The translations under genes and the position numbers were made by a program. From assembly GCA_050253415.1 (NCBI GenBank), contig JBFWJC010000004.1:96001-160000 (forward strand): DNA of 64,000 nt, in the 5' to 3' direction. This document shows positions 11,139-20,600 of the stretch, piece by piece. The notes under the pieces were generated by a model. It saw nothing but the letters and a program-made list of their open reading frames with translations, made no database searches and was not told the DNA's origin. Within the stretch, counting starts at the first letter, position 1; each line of letters opens with the position of its first letter. The DNA comes from Pedobacter sp. GTDB lineage: Bacteria > Desulfobacterota > Desulfuromonadia > Desulfuromonadales > Syntrophotaleaceae.

Positions 11139-12779
11139 ATGATTCACCTTACGAATATTTCCAAACAATACGGCTCACAGGTTCTTTTTCTGGGAGCCAG
11201 TTTTCAGATTCCCGCCGGTACGCGAACCGGTCTGGTCGGCCCCAACGGTGCCGGCAAAACCTCGGTTTTCCGCCTGATAACCGGCGAAGAAACCATTGAT
11301 AGCGGCGAAATTACCTGCGCAAAAAAAACCGTTATCGGCTATTTCTCTCAGGATGTCGGAGATATGGCCGGCAGGTCGGCGCTGGCGGAAGTCATGGCCG
11401 CCTCGGCCAGGACCATGGAATTGGGCCGCCAGATCGCCGAGATGGAAGCCGCTATGTGCGAGCCGATGGAAGACGATGCCCTGGCGACGCTGCTGGAACG
11501 CTATGGCGACGCCCAGGAGGAATTCGAACACCGCGGCGGTTACGATCTTGAAAGCCGTGCCCAGTCGGTACTGACCGGCCTCGGCATCGGTCCCGAAGCC
11601 TACGATCGCCCTGTAGAAGCCTTCAGCGGCGGCTGGAAGATGCGTATCGCGCTGGCCAAAATCCTCACCCTGAACCCCGACGTGTTGCTGCTCGACGAAC
11701 CGACCAACCATCTCGATGTGGAATCGATCGTCTGGCTGGAAAATTGGCTGTCCGAGGAATACAAAGGTGCGGTGCTGATGACCAGCCATGACCGCGACTT
11801 TATGAACCGTCTGGTGTCCCGCATTATCGAGGTCGGCAATCAGACCGTCACCACCTACGGCGGCAACTACGATTTTTACCTGCGTGAGCGGGAAATCCGG
11901 CGCGAACAGCTCCTGGCCAGCCATCGCCGCCAGCAGGAAATGCTGGCCAAGGAAGAGGAATTCATCGCCCGCTTCGCGGCCCGCGCCTCGCATGCGGCCC
12001 AGGTGCAGTCACGCGTGAAAAAACTGGAAAAAATCGAGCGCATCAAGCTGCCGCCCGAACAGAAAGTGATGCGCTTCGAATTCGCCGAACCGCCACGCAG
12101 CGGTGATGATGTGGTCGCCATGCAGGACCTGGCCAAGACCTGGAAAACGCCTGAAGGCGGCGAGCATCCGGTCTTCAGCGGGATTTCCGGACTGATCCGG
12201 CGCGGCGAAAAGATCGCCGTGGTCGGGGTGAACGGTGCCGGTAAATCGACCTTCCTCAAAGTGCTTGCGAGCCAGACAGATCCCACCTCGGGAACGGTAA
12301 CCATCGGCGCCAACGTGCATCTGGGCTATTTCAGCCAGCACTCCATGGACATTCTCGACCCCAGAAAAACCGTTTTCGAAACGGTCAGCGAGGCGCTGCC
12401 CATGGCGACGGTCGGGGTCGTGCGCAACCTTTGCGCCGCCTTTCTGTTTCAGGGCGACGACGTGGAAAAACGGATCGAGATCCTGTCCGGCGGAGAGAAG
12501 AGCCGCGTGGTGCTGGCGACCCTGCTGGCCAAACCGATCAATTTCCTGATCCTCGACGAACCGACCAACCACCTGGACATCGTTTCCCGCGAGATCCTGC
12601 TCGAGGCTCTGAAAACATTCGCCGGTACCGTGGTGCTGGTCAGTCATGACCGTCACTTCCTGCGTAGCCTGGTCAATCGCGTTTTCGAGGTCGACCACGG
12701 CCAGATGCTGGCTTACGAAGGCGATTACGACTATTACCTGCATAAATCGGGACGCGGGGCAATCGCCACTCAGCCGTAA
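11139..12779 (+). CDS. ABC-F family ribosome-associated ATPase
   Basis: Two ABC cassettes (GPNGAGKT/FSGGW/LLLDEPTNHLD; GVNGAGKS/LSGGE/LILDEPTNHLD), helical linker, no TM segments. Confidence 0.92.
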   Translation: MIHLTNISKQYGSQVLFLGASFQIPAGTRTGLVGPNGAGKTSVFRLITGEETIDSGEITCAKKTVIGYFSQDVGDMAGRSALAEVMAASARTMELGRQIAEMEAAMCEPMEDDALATLLERYGDAQEEFEHRGGYDLESRAQSVLTGLGIGPEAYDRPVEAFSGGWKMRIALAKILTLNPDVLLLDEPTNHLDVESIVWLENWLSEEYKGAVLMTSHDRDFMNRLVSRIIEVGNQTVTTYGGNYDFYLREREIRREQLLASHRRQQEMLAKEEEFIARFAARASHAAQVQSRVKKLEKIERIKLPPEQKVMRFEFAEPPRSGDDVVAMQDLAKTWKTPEGGEHPVFSGISGLIRRGEKIAVVGVNGAGKSTFLKVLASQTDPTSGTVTIGANVHLGYFSQHSMDILDPRKTVFETVSEALPMATVGVVRNLCAAFLFQGDDVEKRIEILSGGEKSRVVLATLLAKPINFLILDEPTNHLDIVSREILLEALKTFAGTVVLVSHDRHFLRSLVNRVFEVDHGQMLAYEGDYDYYLHKSGRGAIATQP

Positions 12780-12904
12780 ACAAGATTCATACTGCGCTTT
12801 ACTGTGCGCTAGGCACTGGCTTTGGCTTATTACCCAAACGAGCCCCTTGGTCCCCCTTTCCGGCGACTGATAAATCCTGGAAAAACGAATAATCAATTTT
12901 GGGC

Positions 12905-12945
12905 ACAAATAAGACGGCCCAACCTATGGTAGATAGGTTGGGCCG
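12905..12945 (-). terminator. Intrinsic terminator-like hairpin between convergent ABC-F and DUF554 genes
   Basis: Perfect 13-bp stem CGGCCCAACCTAT/ATAGGTTGGGCCG (12915-12945), U-rich tail on the minus strand. Confidence 0.65.
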
Positions 12946-12994
12946 AGCTTTGTTGGGTGAGGCAACAAAGAAGGTGATTGCTCAAAAATCTAAA

Positions 12995-13681
12995 TCAAGC
13001 CATACCAAAAACCCAGAGCAGACCGATAACGACAAATACGGCAGGAAGCAGATTCCCTATCGGCAGTCGTTTGATCCCGAGTAGGTCGATGGCGATAGCA
13101 ACAATCAGTAATCCCCCCACGGCGTTCATCTCATTCATTACGGGTTCAGTTAGTATCGCGGTGGCTTGTCCGGCTATCAAAGTAATACCGCCCTGGTATA
13201 GAAGTAACGGGATAATAGAGAAAATAACACCCATGCCCAGGGTGGAGGTCAGGGCAATCGATGCAACGCCATCAAGTGCTGCTTTTGCATAGAGAATAGT
13301 TGGCTTGCCGCCCATACCATCTTGCAAAGCACCCATGATTGCCATGGCACCAACACAATAAAGCAGGCTCGCCGTGATAAAGCCCTCGGAAATTTTTCCC
13401 ATACCAGAAAAACGCTGCTGCAATCGTTCTCCGAAGTTTTCCAATTGCTTTTCGACGCCGAATATCTCGCCGATCAGGCCACCTAAAATTAGACCGCCAA
13501 TCACAATCATGATCTGATTGCTTTTCAAGGCAAGTTGGAAACCAATCAGTAGCGTTGCGAGTCCCAACGCCACCATCATGGTTTGTCTCATCCTCGCAGA
13601 TAGTAAGTCTCCGATCCACTTTCCAGCCAAACAGCCTATGACAACAGCCGCAATATTAACTAAAGTCCCTTGGACAATCAT
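12995..13681 (-). CDS. DUF554 family membrane protein
   Basis: GTLVNIAAVVIG, EGFITASLLYCVGAMAIMG, KAALDG, GNLLPA; multiple TM helices. Confidence 0.88.
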   Translation of the reverse strand: MIVQGTLVNIAAVVIGCLAGKWIGDLLSARMRQTMMVALGLATLLIGFQLALKSNQIMIVIGGLILGGLIGEIFGVEKQLENFGERLQQRFSGMGKISEGFITASLLYCVGAMAIMGALQDGMGGKPTILYAKAALDGVASIALTSTLGMGVIFSIIPLLLYQGGITLIAGQATAILTEPVMNEMNAVGGLLIVAIAIDLLGIKRLPIGNLLPAVFVVIGLLWVFGMA

Positions 13682-14024
13682 TAAATATCCCCGAATGTGA
13701 AAGATTGACACACGGCGAAAAATAACACACGAGAAATGATCGGGTCAAAACATAGGTATCTCAGAAATAACACTACTACTTCAGAAGGCAAGAATTGGCT
13801 AAGTCGACCTATGTCCTCCCCCCCTGCATCCAGAAAACTTGTTAAACGCTGCTCCAGCCCCACAAAGCTACTTTTTTGTGACTCGCAGAGCTGCTGAAAA
13901 GCGACCAATTCGTGTTCCTGCAAAAATTGACCTGAATGCTTTCGAATGGGAGAAGAACCCAAGGATAATCACTGCCAGAAATTTTTCCGGACAAAAATAA
14001 AGAATTTTTCAACACGTTAAGAGA

Positions 14025-14049
14025 ACCCCGGGCCTGAAAGGCCCGGGGT
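14025..14049 (-). terminator. Intrinsic terminator after the 63-aa ORF
   Basis: 11-bp stem ACCCCGGGCCT-GAA-AGGCCCGGGGT just past the stop codon. Confidence 0.65.
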
Positions 14050-14057
14050 GGCGTTCG

Positions 14058-14249
14058 CTAACTGCGACCTTTTTCTTCGCATTCATGAAAATCCCAACAA
14101 CAGCGACTGCCATTATCGGTATCGACCACCAGGTGGTCCATGGAACAGCTCACCACGCGTCCTTCTTCGTGGGTTGAGGGATGACTGATAATCGCGTCAT
14201 GGCCGGATTGTACTTCCTTGCATAGATATTCGAAACGATCCTTTCTCAT
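14058..14249 (-). CDS. Small hypothetical Cys/His-rich protein (63 aa)
   Basis: AAGGAG RBS at normal spacing, own terminator, occupies an otherwise empty intergenic space. Confidence 0.7.
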   Translation of the reverse strand: MRKDRFEYLCKEVQSGHDAIISHPSTHEEGRVVSCSMDHLVVDTDNGSRCCWDFHECEEKGRS

Positions 14250-14458
14250 CGTAAGTCTCCTTTTAAACGGGGCTGCCGGTTTGCAGCATCCCTTTTGCGT
14301 TCCACCTTCGACACATCGAGGTATGGCGGAACAACTTATTCATTTTACCACCATGACAGTCATCAATGCCACCCGGCCGCTCTGTGGCCCGTCAGAATTA
14401 ACGCCACCTTGCGCTGGTGGTCCCTAATCGCCGCAATGACCGAAGTGGCCGAAATCCT

Positions 14459-14488
14459 AAAAAAATCCCCGCTTGCAGGCGGGGATTT
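14459..14488 (-). terminator. Intrinsic terminator
   Basis: AAATCCCCGC/GCGGGGATTT stem with T-tract on the minus strand, downstream of the PNPOx-like gene. Confidence 0.7.
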
Positions 14489-14564
14489 CCAAGATAAACG
14501 ACACCATTTGTTCAAAGGTGCTTAAGCGGATGGCCGTAGCAAACGCAAAGCTCCGGTGAGCTTA

Positions 14565-14957
14565 TCACACCACGATATCAGGCGTGCCGGGTCCCAAAAG
14601 ATTGAGGATCTTCTCCAGCTCGAAAACAACCAGAAACTTGGTCCCCTGCATGTAATCCTGACTCACACAGCGCCGAGACAGGCTTTCGATAAGCTCAGGA
14701 TCGGTATCCTCCCGAAGTTTTTTCAAAAACAGCCTTACGCCCCTGTACCCTTCACCCTTTTCCATGAAAAGGAAGGTTGCATGGGGGTTGGTTTGAAGGT
14801 TTTTGTGGGTCAACCTATCGAGCATGATAAAGGCAGCCGTACCGTCTTCCAGTATATGGGGTCGGGCATAAATAGCCGCATCGACCCTGCCTTGCGCATC
14901 GGCGGTAGCAAGCACGCCGGTGCCTGTCGTCTTTTCAAAATAGTCCTTTAAATCCAT
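14565..14957 (-). CDS. Pyridoxamine 5'-phosphate oxidase-like FMN-binding protein
   Basis: GVLATADAQGRVDAAIYARP, T..NLQTNPHA.FLF; 130 aa split-barrel pattern; GGAG RBS. Confidence 0.8.
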   Translation of the reverse strand: MDLKDYFEKTTGTGVLATADAQGRVDAAIYARPHILEDGTAAFIMLDRLTHKNLQTNPHATFLFMEKGEGYRGVRLFLKKLREDTDPELIESLSRRCVSQDYMQGTKFLVVFELEKILNLLGPGTPDIVV

Positions 14958-14988
14958 GATGCTCTCCCTTGTTGGGTACCTTATGACA

Positions 14989-15016
14989 AAGGCCCCCGTA
15001 TATCAACGGAGGCCTT
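14989..15016 (-). terminator. Hairpin downstream of tpx
   Basis: AAGGCCcCCGT...ACGGaGGCCTT imperfect stem followed by TTGT on the minus strand. Confidence 0.4.
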
Positions 15017-15020
15017 AAGA

Positions 15021-15539
15021 TCAGAGCAGTTGCTTCACGGCATCCAGCGCCGCCTGGTAATCAGGTTCTTCGGCAACCTCGCCCACCAGTTGGAAATAAC
15101 GCAGTTTATCGTCACGATCGATAACCATGACCGCCCGCGCCAAAAGCTTGAGCTCCTTGATCAGCAGGCCGTAATCGAGACCGAAAGAGCGGTCCTGATA
15201 ATCGGACAGGGTCTGTACTTTATCGATCCCTGCGTTGCCGCACCAGCGTGCCTGCGCAAAGGGCAGATCGACGCTGACGGTATAGACCACCACGTCATCA
15301 GGCAATTTTGCAGCCTGTTGGTTGAAATTGCGGGTCATGGTATCGCAGACCGGGGTGTCCAGCGACGGAACCACGGTAAGCAGGCGAACCTTACCGGCGG
15401 AATCGGCCAAACTGACCGGTTGCAGCGCGTTGTCCAGCAGTTTAAATGGCGGAGCGGTAACACCAACTTTCAAGGAGGCCCCCATAAGAGTCAGAGGATT
15501 GCCTTTAAATGTCACCAGTCCTGTTCGTTCTTCGGGCAT
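15021..15539 (-). CDS. tpx: Thiol peroxidase (atypical 2-Cys peroxiredoxin)
   Basis: VTFKGNPLTL, VPSLDTPVC, SVDLPFAQARWC, LLARAV, EPDY. Confidence 0.95.
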   Translation of the reverse strand: MPEERTGLVTFKGNPLTLMGASLKVGVTAPPFKLLDNALQPVSLADSAGKVRLLTVVPSLDTPVCDTMTRNFNQQAAKLPDDVVVYTVSVDLPFAQARWCGNAGIDKVQTLSDYQDRSFGLDYGLLIKELKLLARAVMVIDRDDKLRYFQLVGEVAEEPDYQAALDAVKQLL

Positions 15540-15617
15540 GGTTATGCTCCTTTCATAGGTGTGGATCATATGGGATAAGATTACCGCAACCCGATCAAGG
15601 GTCAAATTGATAATAAC

Positions 15618-17348
15618 TCAAGCTTCATGACACAATCCACATCGATGACAACCGGGCCCGCAGGCCGGAGTTAATTCGCCTGCCAGAGCGCGCTGGTATT
15701 CCGACCACAAAAATCGACGTGGCACACCCTGGTCAACAATTTCCCAGGGGAAGACCTCATCCTGACCGCGCTCCCGCGTCACAAAAAAATCGGCATTGAG
15801 TTCTTCCTGACGGCAAGCCTTGGCCAGGCTTTCTCCCCCTGCCAGATGCGGCAACAATCGTCCCACCCTGCGATCCCCCCGGGACAACAACGCCTGCAGT
15901 TCCGCTGATTTCAGCGACTCGCAGATCAGGCTGGTGTTGGCCAGACGACCAACCCGACGCCTGAGCTGCTGAACTTTCTTCTTCAGTGTTGATGCCGGTT
16001 CCATGGCCGCCCACTGCAAGGGTGTGAAGGGCTTGGGAATAAAGGGGTTGACCGACAAGGTCAGGTTGCCGAGCCGCCCACGCCGTCGGCCCGCTTCAAG
16101 CCACACGTGACGGACTTTTTCTGCCAGTTCCAGCAGTTCGTCAAGATCCGCCGCCGTTTCGGTGGGCAAACCGATGAGAAAATAGAGTTTGAGATTAGGG
16201 ATACCGCCTTCGGCAATCAAGTGAGCCGCCGCAAGGATCTGCTGTTCATCCAGACCTTTATTGATGAGATCGCGCAACCGCTGACTGCCGGCCTCGGGAG
16301 CAATCGCTACGGTGCGATGACCGGAGACCGCCATGGCTTCGACCTCCCGGGCCGTCAGGGAATCGATACGCAAGCTGGCCACCGATATCTCGCCTCCAGC
16401 ATCCATGATCTGGCGGCTGATGGCACCGATCTCGCCGTGGTCGGCCACCGCCGGACTGACCAGCCCGACCCGCTGCCGGTGCGCAAGCCCTTCGGCCAGT
16501 TCATCCTGAAGGGCTTCCAGACTGCGTTCCCGGGGCGGCAGATAGATGTAGCCCGCAGCACAAAACCGGCATTTGCGGGAGCACCCGCGTGAAATCTCGA
16601 CCAGCGCCATATCACCGAATTCCGTGTCATCGGTATAGATACAGGAGCGACTGGCGGTACCGTCAAGCTGGCGCACCCACTGGCGTTCAACCCGCTGCGG
16701 GATACCGGGCTCGGGCACGTAGGCGGACACGGTGCCATCGGTGCGGTAGTCCACCCTGTACAGCGAAGGCACATAGATACCGGGCAGATGTGCCAAAGTG
16801 CGAAGCAGGTCGGCTCGGTCGCCTTTGGCCTTCTGAAAAACTTCGATCAGCGCCGGCAGCAGCGGCTCCCCTTCACCGACAGCAAACAGATCCATGATCC
16901 CGGCCAGCGGCTCAGGATTAAGAAATGCGCAAACCCCACCGCACAGAACCGGAGAATAGGCATCGCCACGCTCGTCGGCCATCAGCGGCATATGCGCCAG
17001 TTCGAACACTGTGGGCAGATTCAGGTAGTCGTTCTCAAACGAAATCGAAAACGCGATCAGGTCGAATTCATCGAGAAAACGCCCTGATTCAAGGGAAAAA
17101 AGCGGATAACCGGTCTTACGATGCTCCTTCAGGTCCTCCGGGTCGGGCAGGAAAAACCGCTCGCACAGGGTATCCTCGCGGCTATTGAGCCATTCGTAGA
17201 CGGTATGAAAACCAAGATTGCTCATGGCCTGATGATAAACATTGGGGTACACCAGGGCCACACTCAAGCGACCACCCCACGGATTGGCAGATAGACCGCT
17301 TTCAGCGGCCCGCCGGTGCTGCGCTTTGTCCAACAGCTTTCGTGACAT
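15618..17348 (-). CDS. Radical SAM protein (TIGR03960-like, B12-binding-type N-terminus)
   Basis: YPNVYHQAMSNLG, EISRGCSRKCRFC (CxxxCxxC), APEAGSQRLR..INK, KLYFLIGLPTE, FIPKPFTPLQW, C-terminal CGPGCHRCGLC. Confidence 0.88.
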   Translation of the reverse strand: MSRKLLDKAQHRRAAESGLSANPWGGRLSVALVYPNVYHQAMSNLGFHTVYEWLNSREDTLCERFFLPDPEDLKEHRKTGYPLFSLESGRFLDEFDLIAFSISFENDYLNLPTVFELAHMPLMADERGDAYSPVLCGGVCAFLNPEPLAGIMDLFAVGEGEPLLPALIEVFQKAKGDRADLLRTLAHLPGIYVPSLYRVDYRTDGTVSAYVPEPGIPQRVERQWVRQLDGTASRSCIYTDDTEFGDMALVEISRGCSRKCRFCAAGYIYLPPRERSLEALQDELAEGLAHRQRVGLVSPAVADHGEIGAISRQIMDAGGEISVASLRIDSLTAREVEAMAVSGHRTVAIAPEAGSQRLRDLINKGLDEQQILAAAHLIAEGGIPNLKLYFLIGLPTETAADLDELLELAEKVRHVWLEAGRRRGRLGNLTLSVNPFIPKPFTPLQWAAMEPASTLKKKVQQLRRRVGRLANTSLICESLKSAELQALLSRGDRRVGRLLPHLAGGESLAKACRQEELNADFFVTRERGQDEVFPWEIVDQGVPRRFLWSEYQRALAGELTPACGPGCHRCGLCHEA

Positions 17349-17682
17349 AGATTGACTTCTCTCTGATCCGTAACATGCCAAGCAAAACAACGGGTTGCTA
17401 ATAAAACGTATCTTAACCCAACAGGGCCCAAGAGAAAAGGCGGCATTCATGTAAGGAAGGAACCAAGGATCCCCCAAATAAAAAATAAATTATTATATCC
17501 CTATATATTTCCTACCACATGGTCGATCTAATGAGTAGAATGGCACCTCAAACTCGAACTATCATTGCACTCTATTCGCCATAATGCTGTGGTTGTTTTT
17601 CAACCCGTTCTTATTCGCCAAGTTACGATACATCCCTGCGATTAAGAAAAGCTTCAACCTCATATCCACTCCGGGAGTACCC

Positions 17683-20600
17683 ATGACCCCCTGGCGCCAT
17701 TTGTCTGTTGGAGCCCGCTTGTTGGCCGGCTTTTCCATTGTATTACTTATCGCTGTATTATTGGTGATGGTCGGACTGTCACGACTGACGGACCTGCACC
17801 ATGACATCGACTACCTTGTCAACAACCGCATGGAAGCCCAATATCTGGCCGAGGATCTGCGTCGCGATATTTTCAAGGCACAGCAGATCGCTCTACACAT
17901 CATTCTCACGGGTCAGGAAACCGACAGCGCCAGTCGGGCCGCCATCGAGTTGTTGCGGCAAAACAATAACCAACGTGCAGCCGGCATCGAGGAAAACCTG
18001 CGCACCGATGAGGGACAAGGGTTATGGGCTGCCATGCAGGAAACAAAGAACCGGGCGCGACCGCTTCTGGATCGAACACTGAGCATGGCTTTGTCCAACC
18101 AAAAAGACCAGGCCCGGCAGTTCTTTCAGGAACAGGCAGGACCGGCCCATGCCGCCTGGGTGGAATCCATTGAGAAGCTGGTGGATCATCTCAAGCAAAA
18201 GGTTGCTGAAGCCCACGCCGATGCCGATGCCGCTTACGAATTCGGCCGTAAGGTCATGCTGGCTCTTGCAGGCTTGGCGCTGCTACTGGGAGCTGCCCTG
18301 GCCATCGCTCTGGCCCGCAGTATAACCAAACCGCTGAATGCCGCCATGCTGGTTGCCAACCAGATTGCCAAAGGGCGTCCCTACGCTTCAAACAAGGATT
18401 TTTTTGAAGGGCGTAAAAATATTGCCGATCAGTATGAGTTTCAACGGGAAGACCAGGTCGGCAAGACCCTCGGCGCCATGCTGGACAATCTATGGGACTT
18501 CGCCTGCGCCAACTACCGAGAGCAGTGGCTTAAAACCGGTCAACGGGATCTGGCCGACAGCATGCGTGGCCAGTCGGAAGTCGAGGATCTGGCCCGCAGA
18601 ATCATCACCTTTATTGCCAAATACGTCACCGCGCAGGTAGGAGTCATTTACATCACCGACAACAGCGGAGACCTGCACCTGTGTGCCAGTTACGCTCATA
18701 CCCGCCGCAAACGGCTGGTAGATCACATCAAACCCGGCGAAGGACTGGTAGGACAGGCGGTGCTGGAGCGCCAACCGATCATGGTCTCGAATATACCGGA
18801 TGACTATATCGCCATTACCTCAGGGCTTGGGGAGATGCCGCCGCGGCACCTGCTGGTCATACCGCTGGAATATGAGGGACAGATCAAAGGCGCCATCGAA
18901 CTCGGTTCGGTGTTTGCTTTCAGCGATATTCAGCTGCAGTTTCTGCAAAGTGTGGCGGAAAGCATCGCCATCGCAGTTCAGTCCGCCCAGAATCAGACAG
19001 AACTGGCCCATCTGCTCGACCAGTCGCAGGCCATGTCCGAAGAGCTACAGGCACAACAGGAGGAGTTGCGCGCCTCGAACGAGGAAATGGAAGAACAGAC
19101 CCGCCTGCTGCGCCAGTCGGAAGAACGTCTCAAAGCCCAGAGCGAAGAACTGCAGCAAATCAACGCTGAACTCGAGGAAAAAAGCGAAAGCCTGGAACGC
19201 CAGAAGTCCGATGTGCAACGTCAAAACCGTCAACTGGAAGAAACCGGTGAGGCACTGGAACTGCAGGCCCGGGAATTGGAACGCGCCAGCCGCTACAAAT
19301 CGGAATTTCTGGCCAACATGTCCCATGAATTGCGCACCCCCCTCAATAGCCTGCTAATTCTGGCCAAGGATCTCCTCGATAACGAGGAAAAGAATCTGTC
19401 GGAGGAACAACTGGAATCGGTTGCCATCATCCGTAAGGGGGGGATCGACCTTCTGACCCTGATTAATGAAATCCTCGATTTATCCAAGATCGAATCGGGT
19501 AAAATGACCATGCAACCCGAAAACCTGGCATTGCCTTCTTTCATCGACGCCCTGCGCTCCCAGTTCGAGCCGATGTCCCGGTACAAGGACGTTGAGTTCC
19601 ACACCGTTCAGGCGGCCGACCTGCCGGCATCGATCCTGATCGATCCGCTGCGATTGGAGCAGATTCTCAAAAACCTGCTTTCCAACGCCTTTAAATTCAC
19701 CCATCAGGGATCGGTCACGCTGCACCTGGAACCGGCCCCGCCGGAACTTGCCAAGGAACCGTCCCTGGTGTTTGCGGTTAAGGACACGGGCATCGGCATC
19801 CCTGCGGAGAAGCAGCGGGATATATTTGAAGCATTCCAGCAGGCCGATGGATCGACGGTCCGCCAGTATGGGGGCACCGGCCTTGGCCTGACCATCTCAC
19901 GGGAGCTGGCCAGACTTCTGGGCGGGCGCCTCATGCTGGAAAGCGCGGTAGGCGTCGGCAGCACCTTTACCCTGGTCGTACCCTTACGTGCACCGCAACC
20001 CCAGGTTGTTGCCAGTGCACCGGCACGGACCGTTCAACCTGTTTCCGTACCGGTATCTCTACCGCCTGTAACTTTCACCCCCGCGCCGGCCCCTTATCTG
20101 GATGATGACCGGACCCAGTTGCAACCGGGAGACAAATCGTTGCTGGTGGTGGAGGATGATCCGGTGTTTGCCAAAACCATGCTTGGCATGGCCGAAAAGC
20201 GTGGGTTCAAACGTCTGGCTGCCGGTGATGGACGCTCTGCTCTGGCCTTGGCCGTCAAACACCAGCCAAGTGCCATCATCCTTGATCTCGGCCTACCGGA
20301 CCTTCCCGGAGAGGAAGTACTGCAACAACTCAAGACCAACCGGGCAACGCGGCATATTCCGGTTCACATCGTTTCGGCCCGTGACCGCGACATGCGCTTC
20401 ATGCAACAGGGTGCCATCGGCTTTATCAGCAAACCGGTCAGCCGTGCGGATCTCGGCCAGGTGTTTCAGCAGGTGGAGGGCTTGCTCGACAAAAAGGTCA
20501 AGGAACTGCTGATCATCGAGGACGATTCGACGGCCCAGAAAGCCCTTACAACACTGCTTGGGGACGACGATATCCGCATTACCTGCATGAATACTGCCGA

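Noticed and set aside
15607..15621. TTGA-N7-TCAA palindrome upstream of tpx as a Fur/PerR box
   Set aside because: Spacing does not fit those boxes and half of it is the radical SAM stop codon.
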